Shown: positions 1 through 13,788, numbered from the stretch's first letter. The stretch: DNA of 64,000 nt from Octopus sinensis (GCF_006345805.1 NC_043015.1:53692001-53756000), one strand, 5' to 3'. Made by a program: numbers and translations. The notes: generated from the sequence alone by a model not told the origin.

Positions 1-343
1 GTATAATTATTTAATTAAATGTCAAGCTAAGAATATCATAATGATAAATTATTGTAAGGATGGCAATAGAGTTATTGCTTTTTACCTCATTTGTTCTTGT
101 TTTATTTTACAAAATTAGTTATTTATTAATCGTCAATTAAAACCGTTTATAAAAATACACCGTAGCCTTTCTGTTTATTTTGTGGGGTTAATGCTTGTTT
201 CATTCTCATATTCCTGAGAATTTGCATTTCTAGGTTTCATCTTATTTGCTTAACTCTTATGAGATATTTTTCATTAAAGATAAATTAAATATAAAGATAT
301 TCTATTGAGACAATCATATTAATTAATTAATTTTCTTTTCATT

Positions 344-677
344 TGTTTCAGTCATTTGAGTGCGGTCATGCTGATTGACCCCAGGACTTATTCTTTGTAA
401 GCCTAGTACTTTTCTATCAGTCTATTTTGCGGAACCACTAAGTGACGGTGACGTAAACACATCGGTTGTCAAGCGATGTTGGGGGGACAAACACAGACGA
501 ACAAACATATACATATATATACGACGGGTTTCTTTCAGTTTCCGTCTACCAAATTTACTCACAAGGCTTTGGTCCGCCCGAGGACATAGTAGAAGACACT
601 TGCCCAAGGTGCCATGCAGTGGGACTGAACCCGGAACCATGTGGTTGGTAAGCAAGCTTCTTATCACATAGCCACTC
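344..677 (-). mobile_element. tRNA-derived SINE, family B (about 330-480 bp, internal microsatellite)
   Basis: Minus strand begins gagtggctatgtgataagaagcttgcttaccaaccacatggttccgggttcagtccc (A/B-box-like head). Closely related copies at ~31253-31533, 36411-36792, 46855-47348, 47938-48282, 61026-61265 and 62057-62200. Confidence 0.85.
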
Positions 678-2005
678 ATGCGCTTACATAAATGATTTAT
701 TTATTTTACAATATTACATTCAATACTAGGAATATAAGAAATCATAATATTATATTTTCTGAACCAAATACCATGAAGTGATTGTGTACATAATGGAACT
801 TTGATAATGTATATCAGAAAAATCTATACATATTAATTTGGCATGGGCAATTGTGTTGGAATTGATGGTCAAACGGCTGGGTGGAATTGCGCGAAAAATT
901 CCACAGATGTATAGAATGATCAGGTGGTATGGCTTTGCATTTTTTCATAGCTCCCATGGATACCGCGATAATCTACTATAATAATAATCTTGTGTTTATG
1001 AATGAGAAAGGAAGGGGTGATGTACTTGGTAGTGAGATTATGAAAATTATGCGCTGACAAAATAATTCAAGCAACGTTTCAACTGTGTGTGAATATATGT
1101 GTGTGTACGTAAAAGGGGGCATGTGAATGTGTGTGTGTGTGTATGTGTGTGCGCGTGAATGTGTGTGTGTGTGTGCGGGCGTATTGGGAGTAGGATGGTT
1201 CATCTTTGTTTGCTTAGCATTTCTTTTTTGATTTGGTTGAATCTTGGCTGGGTTTTTTGTGTTGGTCAGTTATTTTTAGCGTTTTGACCGCAAAAAGTCA
1301 TTCTAAAATAGCTTTTTTAACGTAAGCGTGCCCAAACAAGTCGAATGCTTACACGGAGCAGGTTTTACAGCTGCAACAATATTATGTTATGTAATATATT
1401 ATATTCATAGTATTTAATGTAATATTGTAATATAATAAAATATTTGATCGTCGATAGAATATCTCCATATTTAATTTATCTTTATTATTGAATCATACCA
1501 ATATTTATATGGTTTCCTACTGAAGTACCAGTAATTGGATGTTTAACACACCCCTTTGAAGGATATCTTTTCCTCAGTTTGTTACTTTATTTTCTCATTA
1601 ATCTAGAATTGGTATTAATGTCCTTAATTAATTTTCCTCTGTTCAAGGTTGTCTTCGTGAACATTTTTAATCTGAATCTCATTTTAATTTCTCTGGAAAA
1701 CACATCATTTCTTGTCTGTAGCAGATTTTCTCGAAATCGTTTTTTTGGCTAAAAATTATAATAATGGTATCAAATTTTGGCACAAGGTCGGCAAGATCGA
1801 CGAACGGGGAAAATCGATTACACTGACCCCAGTGTGTAACTGGTACTTAATTTATCAACGCCGAAAGGATGAAAGACAAAGTTGACCTCGGCGGAATTTG
1901 AACTCAAAACGTAATAGTGGACGATATGCTGCTTAGCATTTTACCAAGGACTGTCGAAAGCTGACACTTTCCATCATACCCAACAAAATAATCAGTGAAT
2001 TTTCG

Positions 2006-2055
<50 letters not shown>

Positions 2056-2157
2056 TAATAACAATAATAATAATAATAATTGCAACGTGGAAGGTGTTTA
2101 TAAGCCATTTAAGAAACAGAAAATCCGTTAGATTCACTTCAACATTTAAATTTAATT

Positions 2158-2275
2158 TGTCAAAATATTTTCGTTAATTTGAGACCGCGACCTGTTCACT
2201 GACAAAATTCTGTGCTGCACGGAATTTTGTCAGTGAACAGGTCGCGGTCTCAAAGCGACAAAAATATTATTGACA
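2158..2275. repeat. Near-perfect palindrome / small foldback element
   Basis: tttgagaccgcgacctgttcactgacaaaattc (from 2178) is the reverse complement of gaattttgtcagtgaacaggtcgcggtctcaaa (to 2254); imperfect outer arms extend to ~2158 and ~2275. Confidence 0.9.
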
Positions 2276-3652
2276 TCGTATGGATATCTTGGGTTACCCA
2301 CATAATTTTTGCCAGGATCAGATGAATTCCGAGTCAAGAACAGAGTTAATAAGGGTGATGATTTAGGCATGAAGCCAGCAAGTGTTAGCTGTACCGTCGA
2401 GTCCAATAATTGACTAGTACATTATTTTACCGAACTCATAGGATGAGAGACATAATTAACCTCGTGGGGATTTGAACTCAAAATGTAAAATGCCGGAAGA
2501 AACACTGCAAAGCAACGCCATTACTTATACAAATCTGTCAACATCATCTTTGCTTGTCATCCCCACATGATCGATATAATGCTGTACTAATTGACTGGTT
2601 GATGTGACAGACCTCAGTCCTCCGCCAAATCACAGGCCCTGTTCCAGCTCTTTACGTTTGAAGTTCTAATTTCGCCAGCGTCAAATTTACGTTTAACCCA
2701 TTGGGGATCGATAAAGAAATAATCAATCAAATATTACGGTCAATATAATCAATTAGCGTTTTTCTCCGAATTTCAGATCTCGTGTTTATGTTAAAAACTT
2801 TATTAAACGAGGGGACTGACACCATCCTGGTACCATACTGTGGTCTCGTGATTGGGGTTTTGCATCACGAGTATAGGATCGCATGTTCTGCTCCCAAATG
2901 GCGGCGTTGCATTTTATACTTGAACAGAACACTTCATTTTGCATCAGTCCGCTAAGCTGTAAATACGTTCCAACAATAGCCAGGAGGTTACACCTGCGAT
3001 GGAGAGACATCCCGTTAAGTGGGAGGTGTTGTAATTTCTATCACTTTGTTCCCTTGGAAACCGGGCTGGGCTCCGACCCTGTGGTTCCTGAGCTTCGTGA
3101 AAGACGTATTGCCAGACACCTTATTATCATTAAAATGGCGAACAACATGCCTTGTTGCAATTGATTATCTCCCTTCTGAATCGACTCGTTTATTTCATAA
3201 TTCCTAGATTGTTAAAACTATACACCAGTAATATGCACAGTATATTAGAGCGGATTAAGTTTACGAGACAAACTAAAAACATTCGGGATTGTTGGTCTCT
3301 CACAAAGCAGTATTATTCTGATAAACGTAGGTACAAATGTAGCAGAATCGTTAGATCATCGGACAAAATGCTTTGTGCTAATTAGTTATGCCCCTTTAAA
3401 AGCTGCGGAGTCTTTTTCAGTTTTGATTTCGCTTTTATTGTGTTAGAGATCATATAATAAAATGATTAAAACATTTGTCAATCAAGTACTGATGCTGTAT
3501 CAATCGATTGTGCTAAATTTGAATTCTCATTAACATATACAAGGTTGAAGACGGCGTTGTTGGAATTACTTACGCCATATTTATGCCAATCATATCATTT
3601 AATTCTTCCGCAGGACCTCATTCTCCCCCACTTAAATCTCATAATTTTAAAA

Positions 3653-3684
<32 letters not shown>

Positions 3685-4792
3685 CTCATACGTAAATACA
3701 CGCATACACACCTATACATACATGAGTACTTGCATAGATACATACATATACCCAGATTGTAGGAAAACTGATATTGTAAGCCAGAGGTGTCAGATGTCTT
3801 AAAAAAAAGACATGTTTGTTGATATATTGCATAATGTATAAAGTAGCTGGCGTATTATTTGATAATTTAGTTTCGTTGGCAGCAGTATGTGAAGAACAAG
3901 ATTATAGATCTGACAGAAAAGATGATGTGTTAAGCTATTTCCAATGTTGCATTATTCCTCTCCTCTCTTGTCTAACGGTGTCCAATTTCAAGTTGCTCCA
4001 TCGATTATTTATGTTGGGTGCCAGTGCGATTATTTGTCAATTTATATTCCTAGACAGTCGGATTTATTTCAGAATTTATTTCTGGTTCTCAGGTTGGCAT
4101 TATCGTTCCAGGAAATATTCTAATAACTAAATAGACAGTTTGTTGAAGTATGTTTGCCAACAAGCTTGTTTGTCTGCAAACAAAAACCAAAGGAAAATTT
4201 CCTCTCCACTTTCTACATGTCTTTCAATGAGATAAATATACTTGCAGTCATACAAGATAGACCGCTGCAGTAAACTTCAGATGTTTTCGGGAGTGTGTAT
4301 GTATGTGTGAAGGCACGCGTGTTAGTGTATGCGCTTGTGCGTGCACGCGTTTGTGTGTGTTGTGTGTGCGTGTGAAATATGAATTAATTAGGTTCGTTCC
4401 TTGCGTGAAGAGCGAAACCTGTTGGCACGATTGTATTGTTACGTTTTCCTCGCACCGATACTGTTTCGGGTTCAATTCTCCTTTCCCGCTGCACATTGGA
4501 CGAGTGTCTTCAATGGGAACCGGGTGCTGATTAAAACTTTTGAGACTAAAATTTAGTTCGAGTCGTTAATTACCACGGGTGGTGGATTAAGTCTATTACT
4601 CATATTAAGACAAATACGTGGCCTTTGTTTTACTCAAATGAATTCTCACTTGGCCTCTGGGTTACAAGAGAAATACAATATTTCACAGCATAAAAGATGC
4701 ATTCCCGCAACTCAAACAAAGTATTTAAAAAGTCCAGCCGGGTCCTAAATGCGAAGCTTGGACCCCCCAGATGCTAATATTATATGCTTTAT

Positions 4793-4990
4793 AAGGCGGC
4801 AAGCTAGCAGAAACGTTAGCACGCCGGGCGAAATGCCTAGCGGTATTTTGTCTACTGTTACGCTCTGAGTTCAAATTCCGCCCAGGTCGTCTTTGCCTTT
4901 CATCCTTTCGGGGTCGATAATTTAAGTACCATCGTCACACTGGGGTCAATGTAATAGACTAGTCCCCCCTCCCGCCAAATCTCAAGCCGT
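4793..4990 (+). mobile_element. tRNA-derived SINE, family A
   Basis: aaggcggcaagctagcagaaacgttagcacgccgggcg...gagttcaaattccg...gcctttcatcctttcggggtcgataa. Further copies at 12668-12875 (+), 60458-60675 (+), 19441-19676 (-), ~1780-1950 (-), ~7060-7270 (-) and ~45610-45790 (-). Confidence 0.85.
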
Positions 4991-5799
4991 GTACTTTTAC
5001 TAGAACAGATTATTATCATTATCCATTTCGTTCGTCATATACAAGTGCATGTGTATTCATCATTATATTATATATTTTATTCCATTGTGGAAATACTGAA
5101 ATATATGCCTAAATTTTTTATCAACACAACATATTTTTATTCGCTAAAAACGTGTTCCCTGAACATCTGCTGCTGAAATTGGTGTGCATCATTTATGCCC
5201 CAAAATACGGCACTTCTACCATTAATTCTTCCCGTCAGGGGTGACATGAGAAGAGCGAGAAGCGCCGGCCATTTTCTTCGATTAAATTAATAGATGATTT
5301 CGTCTTTTCGATGCTTCCATCATAGGATCAAAACCGTTTCTAAGACACAATTTTTACATTCCTTCTTTTCGCTTATACTTTTAATCGGATCGACAAAAAA
5401 AGCCGCCATGTACATCTAGATGTTGAGGGATTAAACATGCCTTTTCCTCTTCGGTTTGGCCGAACTTGAGAAGTCAATTCTATTGCGTTCAGGTTTCGCA
5501 TGTTTCAAAGGTCACCAAAGCTAATTTAAAAGTTTAAAAAGTAAACATTTAAAATCTAACACTATAGAACTGGACGAAATAACTAAAATCTAACATGTCT
5601 CTATTTATGAGACGATAAGTGAATTAATTTGTAGTGGCCTTAATCTGCGGGTGAGTGGCCATGGATTCGCTAGTTAAGTTTTGAAAGAAAGGGAAATTTA
5701 GTTTGAGACAGATAGTATAATCAGTTGAAGGATATCTCTGACTACAGGTTTACTAGGTCAGGACTGACCTGGGGTTAATAAAAATTAACGACAATTAAT

Positions 5800-6030
5800 A
5801 TTACAAAAGCAGCACTTATTGAAACTGTAGCAGCTGCAACAGCAACAGCAACAGCAACATGAAGAAGATCAACAACAACAGTAATAGCTACAAGAAAAAC
5901 AGAAGCGACAACAGCAGGTACAGTAGCTGTTGCAGTAACGGCAACAACAACAGCATCAACGACAATGACATCAATAGTAACAATCACAACAACAGAAGCA
6001 GCAGCAGCAGAAAAGGTAGCAGAAAAAACA
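5800..6030. repeat. Decayed (GCA/ACA)n trinucleotide low-complexity tract
   Basis: Runs of gcaacagcaaca, caacaacaa and gcagcagcag; no splice context or domain similarity seen. Confidence 0.7.
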
Positions 6031-6680
6031 AGAACCTCTCTATGTCACGAAATAAAGCGAAGTATCTCAGCAGACCTACTTAGTTATTCTATTCATCTGA
6101 TCATAACGATTAATGTAGAGAAAGCATCGTTAATCACCGGAATAAAGATTAAAGTTAGGAGTTACGATTAAAGTTAGAATCCTGGCCAACGCTTTTTTCC
6201 ATTTCCTGATTAAGTTAATATCAACAAACACCAAATTTTCTTGTGCGAAGCAGAAACCGGGGTTTGATGATATTTCTGCTTTTTATAACGGATCTGGTTA
6301 GGGTTAGGATTAGCCGAATGGATCCATGAACACCTCCCTCCAAAATCTAAGGGCCTGAAGCGTATATTGGGAATTAGAAATTATTATTAATTATTCAGAA
6401 GGTGACAAAGTAGCAGAATCGTCGGAGCGTCAAACAAAATGTCGAGTGGCATCTCTTCCGATTCATCACGCACTCTGTTCAAATTCCACAGGGATCAACT
6501 TTGCTCTTCATCCTTTCGGGTTCGATAAAATAAACTATCAGTTAAGTATCGACTTTGAAATAATAAGGAAAATCTCTCTCTCCCTAAAACTGTAGATGTT
6601 GTACCGAAATTCCAAACAATTAATTACTTAGAAAATTATTATTCGTAAATCTCATAACGCGAGATATTCAGCAACACTAC

Positions 6681-6987
6681 TTTGCCAACATGACATGGCA
6701 GTCCTGGTTTAGGATGAATGTTGCCGTAATTTAGCCCCAGGAGACATCGACTCCAGCTGGCTATACGGCACCTCCAGCCGAACAATTATTCTGTGCTGAT
6801 GAAGAGAAATAAGCCAGAAATCGCGATACACAGATATGGTTTTGAACTGAGTGGGGGTGCTAGATTACCTTGTTCGAAAATATAGGGACACAGATCGTGT
6901 CGTAGAGCCAGCTGGAGACGATGTTTCCTGGAGCTAAATTTCAGCAACATTCGTCCTAAACCAGGACTGCCATGTTATATTGACAAA
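6681..6987. mobile_element. MITE-like element with ~91-bp terminal inverted repeats
   Basis: tttgccaacatgacatggcagtcctggtttaggatgaatgttgc...ccagctggctatacggcac pairs with gtgtcgtagagccagctgg...cctaaaccaggactgccatgttatattgacaaa. TIRs are related to the foldback at 36927-37250. No clear TSD. Confidence 0.85.
6790..6834 (+). ncRNA. Type I hammerhead ribozyme-like motif (weak stem II) inside the MITE
   Basis: TCTGTG CTGATGA agagaaataagcca GAAA T CGCG A T A CACAGA: 6-bp stem I, intact core, palindromic stem III (ATCGCGAT), AUA cleavage triplet; stem II poorly paired. Confidence 0.55.
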
Positions 6988-8239
6988 CAATCTTTACTCA
7001 AATTAATTGCTAATTAGTACATCAAGGTAAATAGCAAAGCTCATAGTGAACTTACATTTTGGTTCCAAGTTTTGGCACAAGGCCAGAATTTTCGGGGAAG
7101 GGAAATAGTGAACTATACCGACCCTATTACATGACTGGTACTTATTTTATCGACACCGAAAGGATGAAAATAAAAGTGGACCTCAGCAGAATTTGAACTC
7201 GGAAGTAAAATCCGCATGATGTGCCACTACGCATTTTGACCGACGTGTTAATGATTCTGTCAGGTGCCACCTTAGTGCACTTACTTGCAATATATTAAAA
7301 AATGTAGTGTGTTATCTTTCCCAAACCGAATGGACATCTACATTATGGCTTGTCGTGCGAGAGATAGCAGCTAAATACTCCTGAAATCACAAACTGTTGA
7401 ATTAAAAAGAAGTGGAATCATGTATCTAGTCGGCTATATTTTGACACACTGTTCTTGGAAACAAGAAGGGGTTGGTAAAAGTGGTTTGCAGTTGATCAAA
7501 GGCCACCCCAATCTATTCTGATCAAGCACCAACCAACCAACCGACCGACCGATCTACAAATAAATCAACCACCGCATTCCGTTGATTAGTATTGTCCTTT
7601 GAGTTCAAATTTTGCTGACGTTTCCCTTGTCTTTCAGGCTTCCGACAGATAATGTAAAATAAATCTCGTTCAATTTACTTATTAATTCACCGGAAGTCGA
7701 AACCACTCACAATCACTTTTATCTCTTGCACCGACATGTCATACTGATAATTATATAATATTTCCAAATAAATCGATAAATAATTAAATAAATATATAAA
7801 TTGACAGAAAAAATATGTAACAAAAATGGCGTCCAACGTTTTGACAAAATCCCTTCTCACTGCTTTCATTTATCGTTTAACTAATTATTCCTACCATCAT
7901 CGTGTCATTGCACTTCCTTTTCACCAATACTTGAATTTTATTTGTCCTATTGCAGGATAGTAATTGATGATTCCACGACACTCACCAGCAAAAGCCACTC
8001 GTTTAACACATTACATATTCTGCCGTTCTCTGCCATCATACAGGCGCCATTTTGTTTATCCTTCCTTCTATATTCCATTTCAACCACAAACCGGAACATA
8101 TTTAAACCAAATAATAACATATTAACAGACTGAACTAAAAGTACCCTATAACTGAGTCTGGATCCGCAAACTGATTAATTAGAGATGAAAGACTCATGGA
8201 CACATATCGATTCACAAAAAGCATACACACAAACAGAGG

Positions 8240-8259
8240 CACACACAGCTATATATGCG

Positions 8260-8329
<70 letters not shown>

Positions 8330-8368
8330 CATATGCATATATGTATACATATATATACATATATATAC

Positions 8369-8405
<37 letters not shown>

Positions 8406-8412
8406 CGTACAG

Positions 8413-8482
<70 letters not shown>

Positions 8483-8517
8483 GCAGACAGACAGACAGAC
8501 TGATAGACAGATATATA

Positions 8518-8554
<37 letters not shown>

Positions 8555-8700
8555 CGTATTTATACGTATATAAACACATATGTGCACATATCTACATCTA
8601 TCTATCTATCTATCTATCTATCTATTTATTTATTTGTTTATCTTCCTCTCTCTCTCTATACATACATACATACATACATATATACATATATGAGTGTGTG
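8240..8700. repeat. Compound microsatellite (TA)n/(GA)n/(GACA)n/(CTAT)n
   Basis: Directly visible. Comparable blocks at 9730-10920, 13720-14350, 14870-15400, 20680-21330, 22870-23690, 30600-31070, 33240-33890, 37680-38230, 48770-49030, 55950-57480 and 61270-61700. Confidence 0.95.
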
Positions 8701-9731
8701 TGTGTAAACACACCACTACATGTTAAACATTACTCTGATCATACAATCATTACAGTTATTACAAGTGCTCACATCAGAAAGCAAACAGTAATTTTCTGCC
8801 TTTTATATTTCTTTTTTCATTGGAACTGAAATAAAATTTTCATAAAAATTAGCTTCAAGTTTTAAACAAGACGAACTCAACGAACTTATACCGGAACTTC
8901 CATTTATGGCACATGCGCAGGGAATCACACAAAGAAAGAGACAGACAGACAGAAAAAGGGAGGGTGAGAGATTGGAAGAATGGGGGTACATACACAAAAA
9001 TATTCCACAGATATACACAATTACACATGTACTAACATACATATATAAATACGGACATACATATTTATGGACGCCTGAAGGAATTAAAAAAACTAACACC
9101 ATGATATCGTGATGTAAAATTTCCCACTCCCCACCTCCGATTGTCTAGTCAGAGGTCTTGTATTCGATATTGATATCGAATTTAATGGTTGCTGTCCATA
9201 TATTTTGAAATATAAATGTATGTATGTATGTATATTTAATATGCATGTGTACGTTGTATTGTATTTATTTGTATGTACATATGTATATGTATATGTGTGT
9301 GTGTGTGTTTGTGCGTTTTATGTTAACAGTTGTATGTCTGTCAGCCATAGTTATGGTTTTTTTTTACTTTTAACAGGTTTATTACCAATAAAATATAGGA
9401 AGTGACGTGATTGTCTGCGCTGTTTTGTCATTGCATAGATCAAGTTACGTTGTATATGCATAAAAAAGCCGCGTTAGTCAAAACATAAATACGTACACCT
9501 ATATATACAGCCAAATACAGTATGCATACAAACATGTACTTATATATATACATTTGCACACGCATAAACACATAAGCACACACACATGTATGTTTTATGT
9601 ATAATTGCACTTGTACAATTATATATATACTTGAATGCATGAAAATATACGGTATTACGCAAAAGATATATACTTTTATGTATTCATGAATCACGCATAT
9701 GAATAGATATTCCTATGAATGTAGGTGTATG

Positions 9732-9765
<34 letters not shown>

Positions 9766-9942
9766 ATATATATTATATATATATATATACAGGAATACAT
9801 ATAAAGAAATTTGCATACATATATTTAGAGATATTAATCGAGAAATAGAAATATTCAAATAGGAATAGTTGGATATATGCATACATAAAGATACACTTAG
9901 AAATATACACATGTACATGCGTTTACGTACGTATGTATGTGA

Positions 9943-10012
<70 letters not shown>

Positions 10013-10125
10013 CCATCTGGATATCTTATATCTAAATACAGTTACAATAAAGCTCGTTCATTATTATGAAAGTATAGTCGCAGGTATACGTACATATATG
10101 CATATAAGTGTATGTGTATATATGT

Positions 10126-10159
<34 letters not shown>

Positions 10160-10662
10160 ATATATATACATGTATATATATTTATATATATATATATTTA
10201 CACACACACACACACACACACACTTATATATATATATATTTACACACACACACACACACAAACACACATATATATATATAAGTATATATATAAGCATGAT
10301 GCAGCCACAAGGAGATATACGTTGGGCTCACTAACGCTCATATATATATCCCTCACTGCCATATATAGATATATATACACACTCACCTTTGATACGTGCC
10401 ATGGAAATATAAAAAAATATATGACATCAGAGAAGGTATGTATAAGATAACTACTCACAATATACGAAAGCACACATACATATACACATACATACATGTG
10501 TGTGTGTGTTTGTATGTCTGCATTCTGTAGCCACTCTGTGTTTGTGTCTTTATATATAGGTATAAAAAATGCTTGTATATATATATATGTATATGTATAT
10601 AAACATCTTTATATATATATACATAGTTATGCATATCTATTCGGATACACACACACACACAC

Positions 10663-10726
<64 letters not shown>

Positions 10727-10841
10727 TCGACTTGAAGTTTGTCTTGTCTTTACAAAGAAACATGACTGTAACAATAAAAGTCGTCATGAATATGTAACTC
10801 TACGCTTACTCAAGTAAATATATATATACATATATACATAT

Positions 10842-10874
<33 letters not shown>

Positions 10875-11229
10875 GTATACATACATATACATATATCTAT
10901 GTATACACACACATATACATATATACGTATATACATACGTACATATATACACACACACTTACGTATATATTTTTCCCTGGCTGTGTGGAGAGCTAGACTT
11001 CTTATTGTGTGCCACTTATTTTCAGTGTATTGCTTTATTTATTTTATTTTTCTTCTCAATTATCTTCTGAAATGATCATAAAATATCAAAACTGATATAT
11101 TTGTCTGTTTTCTCATTACTTCTTCAGTTTACAATCTCTACTTGACGAAGAGATCCTACATCCGGTACGAAGAGACGCCAATTCGTACCTAGGCGTCATC
11201 ATTACTTGTTCGACGCAGTTTCCTCGGAA

Positions 11230-11570
11230 AATAAATATATTACCGCAGTCTCGATGACTCGCTGACTCACATTACTGAAATTGTAGATAGGTGCCATGGT
11301 TGGTTCGTACTGTCTCCAAGTCCCTGCAACTTTCGTTGAATCCTTCTCAATCTCAATAACTCTGGTGCTTTGTGTACATTGGGCAGCGAGGTGGCCCCAC
11401 TTTTTGCTACTGGTTGCATTATACTCCACATCCGTTATTAGCCTTTCTGAATGAGCTGTGCCATATACCTTTCTGTTATCCTCTATAACCTTTGCCCTCT
11501 GGTGATGTCCATTTGAAAGCTACCGTATTTGCTGTTGTAAAGACTCATTCTCGCATAAATGTAACCCCTA
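11230..11570 (-). mobile_element. Possible highly decayed RTE-type LINE 3' coding fragment
   Basis: Minus-strand translation ...VEYNATSSKKWGHLAAQCTQSTRVIEIEKDSTKVAGTWRQYE loosely follows the RTE C-terminal pattern (W.P.G.R..GRP..TW...A.DR..WR); weak. Confidence 0.3.
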
Positions 11571-11596
11571 AGTTTTTGTAGAAAAGAATATATTTT

Positions 11597-11693
11597 ACTG
11601 TTCTATATTGAAAAGATAAGGAATTATGTACATTATTTACATTATTTACAATTGAAGGATATTTGTCCTCATCTTGTTCGTTGTTAACACAAC
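11597..11693 (-). mobile_element. Inverted 3' tail of the tRNA-HHR element, fused to the 5' end of the copy at 11694
   Basis: Reverse complement reads gttgtgttaacaacgaacaagatgaggacaaatatcc...tgtaaataatgtaaataatgtacataattcc, matching the tail downstream of the HHR at 44710-44812. Confidence 0.85.
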
Positions 11694-11778
11694 GGGCATA
11701 TGGCGTAGAGGTTAAGAGCGCGAGCTACTAACTCCAAGATACCGAGTTCGATTCCAGGCAGTGACCTGAATAATAATA

Positions 11779-11825
<47 letters not shown>

Positions 11826-11955
11826 TCGAAAAATAACTTAGGAATGAGAAACCAGGTCCGAAAATACCTCCAGACGCCTGATGAAGGCTGGAGGACATAT
11901 CAGCCGAAATGTTGAGTTAAGAACAGACAAGATGAGGGCAAATGTAAAAAAAATG
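11694..11955 (+). mobile_element. tRNA-headed SINE-like element with (AAT)n spacer and hammerhead ribozyme (family F1)
   Basis: A box tggcgtagagg, B box gagttcgattcc, (AAT)n at 11769-11823, then cgc CTGATGA aggctg-gaggacatat-cagcc GAAAt gtt gagt (HHR 11873-11917, partly decayed). Confidence 0.85.
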
Positions 11956-12300
11956 AGTATATATTTCATCATACCGTCATATATTAGTATCCCCATCCGT
12001 AATACTCTTGCATCAGCCGGAAGCCAATCAGAAATTGATTCTAATTTGAATGAGAATACACTAGTTTACACGAGTATAGACAAGGTTTGAAAATAAATAC
12101 AATGATCAGGAGAGATAATATTTTAAAAGTTCTTAATTTCTCTCTCCCTTGCATTTGCAAGAATTCGCGTTCACCATAAATTGATGAATTTCTTTTTTAT
12201 ACGAGAAATTCGTTAGCATCAATATTTTAAATATGTATTGGTATATATCTACCTCATGCGTTTTGGTGATGTTTCAGAATGTGTATTTTCGGTTAATGAT

Positions 12301-12621
12301 CCCCGTCGGTCATGAATGACCATGGGATTGCGGCTAGAAAGTTACCCTCCGAGGCACAATTTTGTTTATGAAAGACCAGTCGTCGCCCGTGCATACCAGC
12401 CTCCCCTCTCTAAACCACCGATGTTATCCAAAGGAAAGGCAAAGGCGGATACAGCTTGACACCAGTGACCTCGCAACTCATTTCTACAGCTGAGCGAACT
12501 AGAGCAACGTAAAATAAAGTGTCTTGCTTAAGAACACAACATACACCCCGGTCCGGGAATCGAACTCACTATCTCATGATTGTGAGCCCGGTGCTCTTGC
12601 CACTGAGCCATGCACCTTCAC
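12301..12621 (-). mobile_element. tRNA-derived SINE, family C
   Basis: Minus-strand head gtgaaggtgcatggctcagtgg...gagttcgattcccggacc followed by cttaagcaagacactt...ctcagctgtagaaatgag; second copy at 58762-59080 (-). Confidence 0.85.
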
Positions 12622-13180
12622 TGTGTATTATAACATTCATGTGTATTTGTAATATTTATCGAATTTCAAGGCGGCGAGCTGGCAGAAATGTTAGCACGCC
12701 GCGCGAAACGCTTAGCAGTATTTCGTCTGTTTTTACGTTCTGAGCTCAAAGTCCGCCGGGGTCGACTTTACCTTCGAGGTCGATGAATTAATTACCAGTT
12801 GCGTATTGGGGTCGATCTAATCGACTGGCCCCCTCCCCCAAAATTCCGGGCCGTGTGCCTAGAGTAGAAAAGAACATTTTCTAAAAAATACTTATAAGTT
12901 TACACACAAGTATGTTCTATAATTCTTGTGATGTCATAAAAATATGTTATGCCTATGTTATACGTATGTGTGTAGTTAAGAATTCCGACGTGAGGTCCTG
13001 GGCGCATGTGTCTGCAACATACATTGTCCTACGAGCTCATAATCTCAGGGTGGCTATCAGGACGAAACATCTGTTTGACCCCGTAATGGAGTAAACATAT
13101 ACTCTAAAGAACAAATCGAACAATCCCCTATTCAATGTAAATTTCTGAACTCAACTCAAAATCAAATACGTGCACACGGA

Positions 13181-13226
<46 letters not shown>

Positions 13227-13228
13227 AA

Positions 13229-13261
<33 letters not shown>

Positions 13262-13713
13262 ATCTGTCTATGTACAGGCACATACATATACACACAAACA
13301 CACGCACATATATAGATTTAGATGCATATACATATATAAACGTAAGTATTCAGCGAGAAGATAAATATCCAACTTAATAGACAATCAGCTACGGACATTA
13401 TTATTACTACCATTCACCAATGGTTACAACCCATTCCCTTTACCAGGTCACTTCTCTGGTGGTTCCTCAGATCCCAATATATATGTCTGTGTGTGTGTAT
13501 ATTTCTATATGTGTGTTTATATATGTTAAGCAAAGTGTATGTAGAACATTACATTAGTTAAACCGTGTTTAAAAATTGCTTGGTGATAGTAATTAGTACA
13601 TGTATTAACTGGCAAGGCTCGTGTTATTATTTATTATTGTTATTCTGTTCGCTGTCTTAAAGTTCAAAGAAGCTGACCGCTAACATGATGCGGAATAATT
13701 TAGTTACACACGC

Positions 13714-13788
<75 letters not shown>

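Noticed and set aside
5775-6171. Overlapping poly-Q/N/T/A-like ORFs
   Set aside because: Low-complexity triplet tract open in several frames; no domain, start context or splice signals.
8185-8587. Long ORFs rich in YI/HT/CV/LS repeats here and throughout the ORF track
   Set aside because: They are translations of (TA)n, (CA)n, (GA)n and (TACA)n microsatellites, not genes.
11694-11768. Genuine tRNA gene
   Set aside because: No complete cloverleaf or acceptor stem; it recurs as the head of a repeat followed by (AAT)n.
12985-13082. HHR-like gtcctg...caggac GAAAC atct GTT
   Set aside because: Stem II and GAAAC are present but there is no proper CTGANGA core or stem I pairing.
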